This document shows positions 1 to 14,423 of a stretch of DNA of 64,000 nucleotides, one piece after another. Positions within the stretch are counted from its first letter, which is position 1; each line of letters starts with the position of its first letter. Under the pieces are notes generated by a model, which searched no databases, was not told the DNA's origin, and worked only from the letters and a program-made list of their open reading frames with translations. Origin of the DNA: Camelus dromedarius. Taxonomy: Eukaryota. The position numbers were made by a program, and so were the translations under genes. The stretch is from contig NC_087436.1 in the NCBI RefSeq assembly GCF_036321535.1, positions 5,642,001 to 5,706,000 of the forward strand. The letters are read 5' to 3'.

Positions 1-104
1 CCTGGTTATATTGTGGAGAATTGAATGCAGGGGGCATAATTAGATGAAGGAGGAAAGTTGGGTAGGTAGTCCAATTATCTGAATGTGGGACACAGTATTA
101 TCCA

Positions 105-335
105 TCAGTTAAGAGTGTCGACTCTGAATCCAGACTGTCTGGGTTTCAATACAGCATCTCCCACTTACTAGCTGTCTGAACTTGGGTAAAGCCACTTAAT
201 TCCCCTCTGTTTTAAATTTCCTATCAGTAATTTGGGATTAATAATAGTTCCTACCTCAAGGGATATCATGAGAAATAAATGAGTTAATGTACCGTGCCAG
301 GCCACATGGCAAATACAAGGTGCATACTATGTGCT
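105..335 (+). mobile_element. MIR SINE
   Basis: gttaagag...cagactgtctgggttt...ccacttactagctgt...cttggg...aataatagttcctacctca... resembles the MIR core. Confidence 0.75.
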
Positions 336-1003
336 GGTGGTGCACTAAGACGGTTGGCGTATAGACAGAAATGAGTAAGCCACATTGGAGTCTTTCGGGG
401 TGTTAGAATGACCGTGACTCAGTGATGGTCTGACTATGGGGGAGGGGCTGGAGAACACAGCTCCCTGACATACAGATATTGGCAGAGGACAAGGGACTCT
501 GGGAGTAACAGGGACTTCCAAATAAAGTATTATCTTTCTAAGAATGATGACCCCAAGCCAAAATACTTTGGTAACAGTTTTTGTTCTGTATGGAGTAGAA
601 CACATGGGATAAGTTAAGTCTGTGGAAAAGATTAAAATTAGGAGCTCTGAATTTCACTTAATTGACTGAGCCACGCAAGGTGAGCGATGTACGTTTCAGG
701 TAACACGTTCCTGGGTCTCTGTGTGAGATGTGAGTCTTGTATCCATCTTCTCTTAAAGAGGTTCTGGTCAGCATCAGAACTTCTCATAAGCATGCTGATC
801 TTCTAGTAAAAAAGCATTATTAATGCAATAAAGCTTCTTAAAAGAGTCAGATAATATAGAGAATGAGTTCTTATGAATGTGTATAAATCCCAGGGAATTG
901 TAGACTGTTCTTATAACTAATGACTTTTACTTGTACTTTTTTTTTAAATGGGGCTGTCCTAAAATATGTTTACACTTACGTAGTTTGTTAAATCATGTGT
1001 ATT

Positions 1004-2410
1004 TTCTTTTCTCTTTTTTTCTTCTTGTTCTACTGAGGTATAATTGACATACAGCACTGTATGAATTTAAGGTGTACAGCACAATGACTTGACTTATATA
1101 TATTGTTAAATGCTCACAACAGTAACCTTAGTGAACATCCCTCATCTCATGTACAGGAATAAAAGAAAACTAAAAGAAAAAAAATGTTTCCTTGGTGATG
1201 AGAACTTACGATTTACTCTCTTACCAACTTTCATATGTAACACACAGAGGTGTTAATTATGTTAATCTTGTGTGTTACATCCCTAATAAATTATCTTATA
1301 ACTAGAATCTTGGGCCTTTTGACCATCCAGTTCCCCCCTACCTTCCACCTCTGGTGACCACAAATGTGACCTTTTTTCTGTGAGTTTGCTTGTTTGAGTA
1401 TAATTGACCTACAGCATCTGTGTTAGCTCGTGGTGCACAACATGGTGATGTGACATTTCTGTACATTACAAAATGATCGCCATGTACATTTCACCCCCGA
1501 CTCATTTATTTTGTAACTGAAAATTTGTACCTCCTGATTTCCCTCACCTATTTCTCTCATCCCCTACCCTCTCCCCTCTGGTAACCATCTGCTTGTTCTC
1601 TGTATCTGTGACTCTCTGTTTCGTTATGTTTGTTCATTTGTTTTGCGTTTTGGATTCCACATATACATGAAATAATACAGCATTTGCCTTTCTCTGACTG
1701 ACTTATTTCACTCAGCACAATATACTCTATGTCCATCGAAGATTTTATTATTTTTTATAGCTGAGTAATATTCCAATGTGTGTAAATATATATATATATA
1801 TACCACCATATCTTTATCCATTCATCTGTTGGTGGACGCTTGGGTTTGTTCCATATCTTGGTTATTATAAATATGCTGTTATGAACATGGAGGTGCATAT
1901 GTTTTCTTTAGAAAAATGCCCAGAAGTGGAATTGATGGATCGTATGGTAGTTCTATTTTAGTTTTTTGAGGAACCTCCATACTGTTTTCCACAGTGGTCA
2001 CACGACTTTACATTCCCAGCAACAGTGCAGGAGGGTGCCCTTTTCTCCACACCCTTGTCAGCATTTGTTATCTGTGGTCTTTTTGACGATACCCATTCTG
2101 GCAGGTGTGAGATGCTATCTCATTGCAGTTCTGATTTGCATTTCCCTGATTAGTGATGTTGAGCATCTTTTCATCTGCCTGTTGACCGTCTGCATGTCTT
2201 CTTTGGAAAATGTCTATTCAAACCCTCTGCCCATTGATAAATTGGGTTGTTTTCTTTTTTGATATTGATTTCTATAAATTACTTGTATATATTGGATATA
2301 ACCCCTTATCAGATATATGAACTGGCAGTATCTTCTCCCCCTCAGTAGGCCACTTTGTTGATAGTTTTCTTCGCTGTGCAAAAGCTCTTTAGTTTGATGT
2401 AGTCCTATCG
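1004..2410 (-). mobile_element. LINE-1 3' fragments (two 3' ends plus the end of ORF2), antisense
   Basis: Poly-T, then gaggtataattgacatacagcactg..., gattccacatatacatgaaat, tttttgaggaacctccatactgttttccacagtgg (reverse complement of L1 ORF2 end and 3' UTR). Confidence 0.85.
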
Positions 2411-2494
2411 CCGGAATCATTTCTCTAATGCTTTATGATTCTTTGAATCTCTCAACTAGGGTGCTAAGTAAATAAGTGCTCATAAATTTGATGA

Positions 2495-2881
<387 letters not shown>

Positions 2882-2984
2882 TGACAATACCTGGTCTCTT
2901 TATGATGGGTCAGACTCAATGCCCACCCTTGATGCTTCCATGTAATGCCATAGAGCTCCGTGAGTGTATTAGGAGAAAACCAAA

Positions 2985-3282
2985 GCAGACTCATGGACGT
3001 AGAAAACAAACCATGGTTACGAGAGGGGAAAGTAGAGAGGGATAAATCAAGGGCTGGGGATTAGCGGACACACGCTACTATATATAAAGTAGATAAACAA
3101 CAAGGACCTACTGTATACCACAGGGAACTCTATTCAATCTCTTGTAATAACATATAATGGGAAAGAATCTGAAAGGAAAAAACATATATGTATGTATATG
3201 TATAACTGATTCGCTTTGCTGTACACCTGAAACTAACATTGTAAATCAAGTACACTTCAATTAAAATTAAAAAAATAAAAAA
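2985..3282 (+). mobile_element. LINE-1 3' end, sense
   Basis: cagactcatggacgtagaaaacaaacc...aaacaacaaggacctactgtata...gctgtacacctgaaactaac...A-rich tail. Confidence 0.85.
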
Positions 3283-3786
3283 GCCCAAAGGTAACTTGGT
3301 TTCATTATGCTATAAATGAATAATACAATTTGAAACCTGGGAAGTAAACTTAGAGTAAAATAAACAAAAAATCATGAGTGTACAATTTACAGAGGTAGAC
3401 TGTGTTCACATCATGCCCTGATGTGCAGTTGTAATGAAAAAAGCACTTCCTGGCACCAGCAGCTGAGACCCTATGATGACTGTTATTACTAGTTCAAGGT
3501 CAGTGAGGTGACTGCCTTGGAAATCGGTTTGGGTAAAATTGGAATAAATATATGAATAAGAACTACAAAAATTTATATATATGAAAGATTTTCACAAGCA
3601 AAAATTTTATCAGTCAGGGACAGTTATTATTAATTTTGCTTTAGAATGAGATCCCTGAATCTCAGAGAATGTGAAAGACTTTCTTATGACCCATCCACGT
3701 GTGGGTCAGCTGAACTGAGGTCTTTTGACAGTAGACTCATGCATGGCTTTTTCACAACTCTGTACAGTTATGTTTTTGAGACATTA

Positions 3787-3905
3787 TTTTTTTTTAGGAG
3801 GGTCTTAATTAGGTTTATTTATTTATTAAATGGAGGTGCTGGGGATTGAACCCAGGACCTCGTGCATGCTAGGCTGGTGCTTCACCACTGAGCTATGCCC
3901 TCCCC
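3787..3905 (-). mobile_element. tRNA-derived SINE, Vic-1-like (camelid)
   Basis: The reverse complement reads GGGGAGGGCATAGCTCAGTGGTG...GAGGTCCTGGGTTCAATCCCCAGCACCTCC plus an A-rich tail, with Pol III A-box and B-box motifs. Confidence 0.85.
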
Positions 3906-4807
3906 ACCGTGCAGTTGTTAATGATGAGACATTTTGGACTAACATGCCAATTGGATAGAGTCTTGCCTCATTATACTATTCTTTTTTTTTTTTTAGCTGG
4001 GGGAGGGTACTTTCTTTGTGTTTTCCGCATCCCTTGTTGTGAAGTTTGGTATTAGCAGACCTGACTGACTGACCTGTCATAGACTTCCAGATATTTTTAA
4101 CCATTCCTGGGTCCATGATTCTGTTTCAGTGGGTCTGTGTACGTCCTAAAATCACATGAACATTTCATGCACATAATAATAGGTGGCTTTTCTCCAGAAG
4201 GCACCCATCACCAAACTCAAAAGTAATGAGAACCACTATTGCACAAATCTGGAATGGTCCCCACATACCAGCCTGTCCAGGAAGCAGCTGGCTTTGAAGG
4301 TTTGGGTGGAAACCAGAAACCTGTTTCTACCAGGAGAGGGCACCCTGCTAACCTGCAAGGGCAGATGAGGAGAGAGCCGGCCGTCAGCCCCTCCTCCAAG
4401 GATCAGTTTGGAGTCTTGGCTGCAGCAGTCTGGCTGGGCGTGCTCCAGCCCGGTGTCTGATTCTCTGTCCTGGCCTCCAGTCCTGAGAATGAGGACCCTA
4501 CCTGGAAAAGCCAGTCAGCGGTGTACAAACTGAAAACACAGCTCTGTCAACAGTCAGCAGCCTTCCCCCTCTGTGGAGAAGGGAGTGAAAAACTCAAAAC
4601 ACAGAACCGTTGAGAGTACATACGGATTCCAGCGTGCTGGAGGACACTGGGGCATCCTTCTCGGTAATGTGATAAAAGGGCTCAGGACACTAGGCTTCTC
4701 AGAGTCCTTCCTCTTGTCCTCTGCTGAGTCCTTCAGTCTCCTATGTTAGCAGAACCAACCTGAAATCTGGGAGGATTGTTAATACACCTTTCACTCTTGC
4801 CTCCTCT

Positions 4808-5225
4808 TTTTAAAAATTATTTTATTTTTAATAGTTTAATAAAAGTATAGTTGATTTAGAATGTTTCAGGTGTACAGCATAGTGATTCAGTTATAAGTGT
4901 ATATATATATTCTTTTTCATTATAGGTTATTATAAGATATTAAATATAGTTCCCTGTGCTGTACAGTAGGACATTGTTGTTTATCTGTTTTATATATAGT
5001 AGTCTGTATCTACTAATCCCAAACTCCTAATTGATCCCTCCCTCCTCCCTGCTTTGGTAACCATAAGTTTGTTTTCTGTGTCTGTGAGTCTGTCTCTGTT
5101 TTGTAAACAAGTTCATTTGTATCATTTTTTAGATTCCACATATAAGTGATACCATATGGTAATTGTCTTTCTCTGTCTGACTTTCTCCACTTAGTGTGAT
5201 CACCTCTGGGCCCATCGTGTTGCTG
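4808..5225 (-). mobile_element. 5'-truncated LINE-1 with a perfect 15-bp TSD
   Basis: ACTCTTGCCTCCTCT at 4793-4807 and 5226-5240; the body is the reverse complement of an L1 3' UTR. Confidence 0.9.
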
Positions 5226-5240
5226 ACTCTTGCCTCCTCT

Positions 5241-5970
5241 GGATAGGATCCCTTCCATCTAAATATCTTCTATTTCTCGATAATCTCCTTCGTCATTGTC
5301 ACGCCTCCAGGCCAAGACACCACTGTGTGTCCATCCTTCATTTTCCATTTTCACTTTTGTTTGTCTTTCATCCATGTTCCGTAAAGTGGCCAGAAGTTTT
5401 GAATGCTTGTAGTGCTTTTCTGACCACACCACTGCCTTGCTTAAAACACTCCAGTGGCTTCTATTAGAATGAGGGTAAAGTTGAAAATTCTTCACAGGAC
5501 TCTAAGGTCTTACAGTATCGGGTTCCTGCCTGATAACTGAGTGTCCTGCTCGCTCAGTAAGCTAAGTCCATCTCAGTAACCTTTCACCGTCTCAGATGCA
5601 CCGGACACCTTCACCTCGAATCTCTGCACGTATTTCTAAATCTTTCTCCGTCAGTTTCTATCACATTTCCACGGAGATGCACTTTACCTCGTCATTCTCT
5701 CTCAAAGCAATCTCTTCTTTTCCTATATAGTGCTTATCAGAATTTATAATTAATATTGGTGTTCATCCTTTCATCCAAGAAGTGCTGTTCCACGTTCCAA
5801 GGACGGTTTTAATCACACAGACCAACTTCTCTTCTCATTTAAGATCTGGCTGTAAGCCCCAGGAAGGCAGTGCCCAGACAGCACCCACTACGCGTTACTG
5901 TACACACAGTGCGTAAGTTAACGCTGGAACAGCCGATAGTCAGTAAATCGTGTTAATAAATGAATGAGTT
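5241..5970 (+). mobile_element. Degenerate L2 LINE (interrupted by the L1 above)
   Basis: cttgcttaaaacactccagtggctt..., gtaagccccaggaaggcag..., ending aataaatgaatgag (typical L2 3' end). Confidence 0.6.
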
Positions 5971-7699
5971 AAGCGTGTATGTCTTTTAAGTTTGAGATGA
6001 TAATAGAACTTGAATCCTGCTTGCTAAATCGAAGGATCAGAAGATGAATTCTTTTTACTCTTTGATCGGATGGAAGGTGGCGTTTTTCACTTTAGAGACA
6101 CACGTCACCCGCACTATGACTCCCTCTAGGTGAAACTGAACTTTTGAGATAATTCAGAGAGACAGCAGCTGACGTAAATACTAAAAAGAAACTCCAGTAT
6201 TTGAAGAAAGAGAAGCTCTGGGAAATAAATGATCCGATGGTGATGGATGGGTGTATGTACTTGTGCAAAGAACCTGAGACATTTCTAAGTGGTTTTATTA
6301 GTACTTCAGAAATATTAAATGAAATTGAAGTGATGAGATAATCTCCAGTCATTGAGCAAATTGATTTGACTTCAAGCGCATCTGCTGAGAGAGGAACGTT
6401 AGAGTGATAATATTAAGTAATTGTATCTTGAAGCTAAAAATGACTTACGGATTGATTCTCAAAGTGTTGCCTAATGACTGCTCACGTGTCATGCGAAGCG
6501 TGTTACGCTGGCCTTTCACCCGGATCTGTTTTCACAGATGAATGTGTAAGACTCAGAATACTAGCAGAAGACTTGACCCTTATGCAGTGTTTTGCTTGGC
6601 TCGTGGAAATGGGATGTTTGCTTTTTGATTTTTTTTCTTACTAATGACCTGATTTTTGTAGCTTTGCTGGCATACCACAGGTTTATTCAGAGGTTCACGC
6701 ACGAACTGTTTCTTTTTCCCTTTGGTCCTTAACCCAGTTCTCTTACACTGCAGGGAAGCACCTCCTTGTTTTGGTGGTACATGATCTGAGGATGAATCTG
6801 TGTTTGCCTCCCAGATGACGCATGCTTTAAAATGATTTTGTCTTTCAATTTCTGTCTCCATGTGCCTCCATGTCCAACAGCTTGGTCTGCTTTGGATGTG
6901 GGTCTCTTCCTACTTCCTTGACTGTAAGATTTCTGTCTGTCTGTTTTTAATAATCTTAAGGCTAGAAAAGAGATCATTCAGTCAAGTGAATCAAATCAAG
7001 GGTTTCAAGACATTAGCAAGGTCAAAGGGAAATCAGCCCAAAAATAATAAAAACTTAATAAAAATTAGAAATAGAACTGTATTAATTGAATTCTGAAGCA
7101 TATCTTAGATTTAAAAAAAGTTTTATAGTATATATCAAGGCCAAACACATCAAAATAGATATATTAAAAAAAAAAGATCTTTCTGAGAGTCTAGATCAGG
7201 TAAACATATTGTTAAATTTTAATTTCTAAATACGTGAATTGATGCTCTTATGAACAGCACAGAGCCCAAGTATGAGGGTGGCTGTCCCACACTCTGCCCT
7301 GCATCTGAGCTGGATGAAAAAGACAAACTTTTCTGGTGTTTTCTCACTGCATGGCTCTTAACTAAGATGCCAGTGAAACCTTTCCAGCCTCCAGATAGCC
7401 ATCCACAGGCTGAACAGCAAGTCCAGGAGAATCCATCCCAGCTGTAGACAGAGGAGGGAGGACACAGACGCCTCCCTGTCTCCTGTGCACATCGTCTTTG
7501 ATGATTTCAGGTTTACAGCTGAGGGGGGTGCTGAACTCTTCCTTTGGGACTCTTCAGCATCTTCTCTTTGTCCGAGCCATGGGGCAGCAGCCTGGCCCTC
7601 CTTGAGAAAGCAGTGCCCTCCCTAAAAGTTGCCTGCTTCCCTCCAGAGAGAGGAGGCAGATAGATCTTTAACACATTTGAACTCTAGAGTAATGGGGTT

Positions 7700-8042
7700 A
7701 CCCTAAGTAAGCCAGACAAAGGAGGAAAAATACCATATGATACCACTTGTATGTGGAATCTAGAAAAAAATTACACTGATGAACTTATTTACAAAACTGA
7801 AACAGACTCACAGACATAGAAAACAAACCTATGGTTATTGGGGGGAACGGGGTGGGGAGGGATAAACTGGGAGTTCGAGATTTGAAGATACTAACTACTA
7901 TATATAAAATAGGTAAACAACAAGTTCATGCTGTACATATATATATATATATATAAACTGAATATATGTATTAACTGAATCACTATGCTGTACACCAGAA
8001 ACTAACACAACATTGTAAATAACTATATTTCAATTTAAAAAA
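7700..8042 (+). mobile_element. 5'-truncated LINE-1 with TSD
   Basis: TAGAGTAATG(G/A)GGTT at 7685-7699 and 8043-8057; L1 3' UTR body. Confidence 0.88.
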
Positions 8043-8095
8043 TAGAGTAATGAGGTTTCCTAGGTTAATACATTACATATAGTTTTGTCTTTGAT

Positions 8096-8096
<1 letters not shown>

Positions 8097-8129
<33 letters not shown>

Positions 8130-8143
8130 CACGCACATACACA
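8097..8143. repeat. (TA)n(CA)n microsatellite
   Basis: Directly visible. Confidence 0.9.
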
Positions 8144-10699
8144 CTAAATCAGGGTATATATGTTTGAACCAGGACTTAATCAAAATGTGCTTTTCATTTA
8201 CTGGTTCAATGTCTGTAAGGTAAGGTAATACATTTCTGGAGACACTAGGTAAAATCAGGACTAATGCTTTATAACTTGGTTTTAATTTTGAACCAGATGA
8301 TTTGTCCCCTGAAGGAAGGCATCCAGTTCCAAGGAGGCATCACGCATAGGATAAAAATGCTTCCAAATTGTACGTTTCTTTTACGATGTTCCTGAGAGGG
8401 TCAATGAGGGAACTATATGCTAATCTCGTCTGGCCGAGGCACGCTGCCGTGATTTAGTGATCATAAATATTAATTTCTGTGCTTGAAAGATGAATAAGGA
8501 CAGTGAATTTTAAATGGAACAAAGAAAATACTTTTAAGAAGGAAGACATGGTCTGAATGAAAAATTCCTATTTGCGGTAGTTGTTATTAATTCCACCCAT
8601 TAATATGCAAACTGGAACATTCAGACGTCACCTGTTTGTGGGCTGATGGTTTTCCTGTGACTTCCTCACAATATTATGAGCAGCAGCTCAAAATGGGACT
8701 GTGAACTCCTGCTGGTAGTACTTGGAGAGAGTTTTAGGGAGATTGTCAGCTTATAAATAGGCCATACAGCCATAACTAGTCCTACAACAGTTAGGCACGT
8801 GAAGAAGTGATGTAACCGAACAAGGCTTTCGCCATTCTTTGTTTGAGCCGGAGAGTTTAGCTGAGCATAGAACTGAATTTTATACTCTTGTAATATTCTT
8901 GAGGTTTTTCAGAACATAGCTTAAATATACATATTAGGGAGAACCGTTCATTTTCTGGATTTTTTTCCTACTTGTAAATGAACAACTGTGTATCTCAAGT
9001 TCTCTTTGCTCTAAGTAATTCTGTAATAAGAAATTAAATCAGGATTTAAATATCCTAATATAGTGGTACAGATATAATACAGTTGAATGATAAAACCTAC
9101 TAGTTGCTTTAAACAAACTAATATTTATATAGCATTTCCATTTCCACACAAACAATACAAGTTTATATTATGAATTAAAGAACACATGTATACATAAAGC
9201 TACTTCTATCTAGTTTGTATGGAAAGGAAACAGGCATATCTCAGTAATAATTTGTCCCCTAATTAGAATATGTTACCAGGAGTCTAGGAGCATGAATTAG
9301 TGTTGTGTTTGAATAATTTAAATTCATCATAATATTTGTAGTATGCATTTTCAGTGATTTTTCAATTTTAAAATGATCTATGAATTTTAAAGTAACCAGA
9401 CATAACACAAAACTCTGAATTGTGGGGAAAGGGCAGATCAAGCTGAGAGAGAGGGTCAGTTACTCTCACTAAAGAACAAATCCAAGAGTCTAGGTAACTA
9501 AGCATGGTGCGGCAGTCTCTTCAAATGTGAGTCTGACCATGCCACGGTTTGTGAGTTATTTCTGGGTGTCCTTGGGAGACGATTTAATATTATCCAGTGT
9601 CTTCTGATGAAACTAAATTCACCCTTGATACTTCCCACTTGAGCAATTCAGTTTCTTAATACATGGATGTATTTCTCTGTAGGTCTCATAGGTTACACAA
9701 TATTAGTTCTGAGAGTTTTAGTAAGCGAATCCACACCAACTGTGAGTTACCTTTGATACATAAAGTGGATGACTTTGAACCAGCCGTTTCTTTAAATCAC
9801 TCTTATCGATCGCCTCCATGTTCTTGGACATGGTGAACTGCCAATAAGTGTTGGGTTTAGAAACATCACTTGAGATTCACTTACAAATTGTCATTAATAT
9901 TGAACGTTTTTGTAATATATGTTGAAAGATAGGGCAGGATATCCATAATAGCATCACCTGAAAATTTAGTATGTGGTACACTTCAAAATTAAGTAAGAAC
10001 AAAATGAAAGAATTTATTCCCCATAAGAAAGGATGCTCACTTATAAGGGCTATATGATACTTTATGGATAACATACGGAACACTGTCCACGGGTGTGTTT
10101 TTGAGGAGGTGACGAGGAAGGGATGTGTTGTGATTGGAATGTGGAAAGGTAAGACCTACACAGTAGAAGAGGTTTAGAACACTTCCTTTTCTTCCTGCTT
10201 GGAGAGGAGGCTGAATAAACTTACTCACTGTTTTCAAGCACAGATAGCTGTTGACTTGGTCACGATGATCGTCTTTCGTTCTGTTCTCACTGATGACAAA
10301 AACAGAAAAAGGACTTGAGTGGCATCATTGAGGGATTTAATTTACTTACAGTAAATGGAATTCCTAGTGATCCGTGACATTTTTAAAAGCAGTTTTATCA
10401 TTCATAGTTTTTTTTTTTTTTTTACAATAGCATGTGGTCTGTTTAAATTAGTACTCGAGAAGTTTCTGTTCATCCTATATTTTTTGTTTCAAAACTGGAT
10501 GGAGGAAACGAATTTTATTGTTTTGTCAAAAAAAAAAAGCCCACAAAATGCATTTTCAGTTTAATTCATGGTTCAACTTTTCAATTTGAAATAAAGATAG
10601 ATTATTTTTAATTTTCCTCATGGACTATTTCAAACAACAACACTGACAGAATAATAGACCTCCAAGACTCTTTTTTTTTAATTTCTTAAAAAAATGTAA

Positions 10700-11870
10700 C
10701 ACTTTTATTATGGTATAATTCCTATACAGTAAATTACACATATTTGAGATGAACAATTTCATGAGTTTTGATAGATGTAGACACCCATGAAACCACCACC
10801 ACAATCAAATAGCTAGCATTTCCATCACTCCCCAAGAGGTGCAAATCTCAAATTCCCAGTTTATCCCTTCCCACCCCTGTTACCCCGGGTAACCATACTC
10901 TTACGGCAACTTTATTAATGATGGATCAGAGGACTCTTATTTTGTCTCTGTCCTTCTGTGCTCACAGTTGGTTCAAAGTAAATACCTGACGTCATGTTAT
11001 TTCATCTGTGAATATTTCAGTTTGTGTTTTGAAAGAACAGTTGTCTCAATTTAAATATAACCACAATATCATTATCATATCCAGACAAAGTAACAGGAAT
11101 TCGTTACTAGCATCACCTGTTTTTTTTTTTTAACACGGTCTGAGGATAAAACTGAGCTCCATATATTGCAATTGGTTAATATATCCCTTATGCCTTTTAT
11201 AAGGTAGAGTTTCCCACAGTCTGGATTTTGAAGATTGCAACACTATGGCGTATTACTCAGTGCTGTACGTTCCTTGTAAAAGGGTAATTAGAGCCAGACA
11301 TTTATGAGAGTCATCTTCACTTTTTGGGCGTAAATATGGCATAGGTGGTGGTGGAGATCCCACTCGAAGACACAGAACTTCTGGCCTCTCTCTGCGTTGT
11401 TAGCAGCAGTTAAAGATTGTTGCCTCGATTCATTCATTCACCAGGTGTTACAAGACGTTGTAATTCTAAGTCTCTATCCGTTCATCATTTATTAGCTGGA
11501 GTCTTTCCAAAAAGAAAAACCTCCCTTAATTAACTAGTATCCTGAGTACTGTTCATATAGGAAGGGCAGGGAAATGCTTATTTCTTTTCCTTTATTGAGC
11601 AGTTTTCAAAATAATAACTTGCCTCCTTAGTATCCTTCAAAGGCAGTCAAATATTTTTTAAAATGTCATTATCAACTTATGGATTTAAAAAAATGGTACG
11701 TATTTCAGCCTTTTGCAGTTATTTTTCTTATTGGTATTCAGATGGCCTCATCTTTATTTAAGATGAGTCTCGTCAAATTGGGTCCTGAGTCTGGACACCA
11801 CATGATGCTTTGGGAGAGTTTCCCTGTTTTGTGGTATCACAGAATGTTCTAGGCTCATCTTACAAACTTT
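10700..11870 (-). mobile_element. Old LINE-1 3' fragments (L1MB/MC/ME type); boundaries approximate
   Basis: ttttattatggtataatt...gagttttgatagatgtagacacccatgaaaccaccaccacaatcaa...catttccatcactcc resembles the reverse complement of an old L1 3' end. Confidence 0.55.
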
Positions 11871-12405
11871 CGGCCAATACAATCAATCAAAATTTTAATG
11901 ATGTTTCCCAGGTTCAGAGAATTTTCAACAATATTTCAACAATAACTTACGCACAGACTTTTTTGCTATAGTAAATAGATTTAAATAAAGTGTCATACCT
12001 GAATAAAGCTTATAGTCATGTGATTGCATTAGGTAAGCCCCACGCTGTTGCAGGTGAAAAGGGATCGGTCAATGTTCCTTGGAAGAGATGCAGGTCTTCT
12101 GGAATAAGGAAGGAATGTGATGGGTCCTGAATTCTTTTTGGAGTCTTCATTTTTTAAAATTTAGTTTCTTTTATTTTTTTAAATTGAAGTATAGTTGATT
12201 TACAATGTGGAGCCTTGATTTTTGTTGTTCATTAAGCTACTATTAGAAACGATGAATTTGGGTTAGCTGTGAAGGGCAAAAGTGATGTGGGCGACAAGTT
12301 TATCCACCAGTATTCCAAGTGTTAACCTGCAGAATTCACTTTAGGAAATACGCTCCCAAGTGGTTTTCCCTCTCAGTCCTACCTATGAGGTAATGTATGA
12401 GCAGC

Positions 12406-12874
12406 TGTTATCGAAAGTAAGTTGGTGTGCCCGCTGCACCATGAGACCAAATAAACTGACACGTCAGTTTGGAGCAGATAAAGGTTTACTGTAGGACCAA
12501 GCAAGGATGGGGGTCTCGTCCCCAAGAAAACCCCAAACTCCTCGAAGGGTTTCAGCAAAGCCTATTTAAAGTCAAGTAAGGGAGGGGGTCACAGGATGCG
12601 GTATCAGCTTGTGCACAATCCTATGATTGGTTGATATCAAGGGAACAGGGCGGTCAACACCATCAGCCCCCAGGTGCCAGAAGGTCTGGGGGCCACATGC
12701 TCTCCATCATCAAGTAGTTAATTTCTTCCCTTTGGTGGTGGTTGTAGCATCCGAAACACTCAGGAAATATACATAAGATACTATTATCTGGGTCCTTCAG
12801 AGAGGAGCTACAGCAGAGGACATGAAGTAGGGGTCTGTCCCTGGAAGTCTCCCCCAGTGTCCTGCTCGGTTACA
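12406..12874 (-). mobile_element. Solo endogenous retrovirus LTR (ERV1-like), 469 bp
   Basis: TG...CA termini with a short imperfect inverted repeat (tgttatcga / tcggttaca) and 4-bp flanks cagc/caac. The minus strand carries CCAAT, TATA-like and AGTAAA motifs in LTR order. Confidence 0.8.
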
Positions 12875-13559
12875 CAACTAAAAATAAAAGTAAAATTTTC
12901 TAAGTCATATGATGCTGTCAGCAAAGTTACTAAGGAATAGTAAAACGGTCTCACGTTTGGAAGATAAAGTAAATGTAACCAGTCTGTGCTGGAAAACGAA
13001 CCCCTACTATCTGGTTAACAAGTGAATGTTTCTACAGGATTCCTACAGGATCAGTCCCAATAACAAAAAATGATATAGCAGAAGGCTGAGGAAAGAAAAG
13101 CAACAACTGCTGACTAGGAAACAGTCGGAGGAAATCAGGCAGCTTTGGGGATTATCGGCTTTTATGCTCACATCGACCTGTGACATTTCAGCTCACGGAG
13201 CATGTACTCAGCCTCCTCAGGGTCATGACGTGAAATGACACACTGTCATACATAAAGAAGCCATCTTTTCTATTCTATATGAGAAAGACATTGTCGTAAT
13301 GCCTTTTGTGTTCATTAAAACCAGAGGTATCAGGGACGTCATGCTTTAGTAATATTCAAGAGGACAGCTGACAGGAGGCCGAGAGGAAGGGGTGCAGTTT
13401 CTCCCCAAACTGTGAGTCTTTTGGTCAAAACAGCAGTGGTTACATGAAAGAGTTCCTGATGTGAAGTGGGAATAAATAGATGATCAAGATCGTGGCTGTA
13501 GCTTTTTAGAGGAGTCAGCATCCCCTTAGTTGCACAAAAATACCAGCCTTAAAAACATA

Positions 13560-13928
13560 TGTAAGACAAATATCATATGATACCACTTCCATGTGGAATC
13601 TAAAAAAAAAGATACAAATTCTATTTGCAAACCAAAAACAGACTCACAGACATAGCAAACAAACTATGGTTATCAAAGGGGAAAGGGAGGGAGGGATAAA
13701 TTAGGAGTTTGGGATTTGCAGATACACACTACTGTATATAAAATAGATAAACAACAAGGACCTACTGTATAGCACAGGGAACTATATTAAGTTTTTTGTA
13801 ATAACAGATAATACAAAAGAATATTAAAAAATGCGTATGTATGTATATGTATAAATGAACTGCTTTGCCGTACACCTGAAACTAACATTGTAAACCAACT
13901 ACACTTTAATTAAAAAAAAAAAAAAAAA
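13560..13928 (+). mobile_element. LINE-1 3' end with poly(A) tail, ending about 85 nt upstream of exon 4
   Basis: gacaaatatcatatgatacc...cagactcacagacatag...aacaaggacctactg...poly(A) run. Confidence 0.88.
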
Positions 13929-13952
13929 CACATCTGCTGGCCGTCAGTGTAA

Positions 13953-14423
<471 letters not shown>

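Noticed and set aside
3832..3905. tRNA-like sequence (also near 49.6, 50.0, 50.6 and 60.85 kb)
   Set aside because: These are diverged copies with A-rich tails, so they are SINEs rather than tRNA genes.
8164..8209. Inverted repeat TTGAACCAG / CTGGTTCAA
   Set aside because: A 9-bp stem with little further pairing is plausible by chance in 64 kb of AT-rich DNA.
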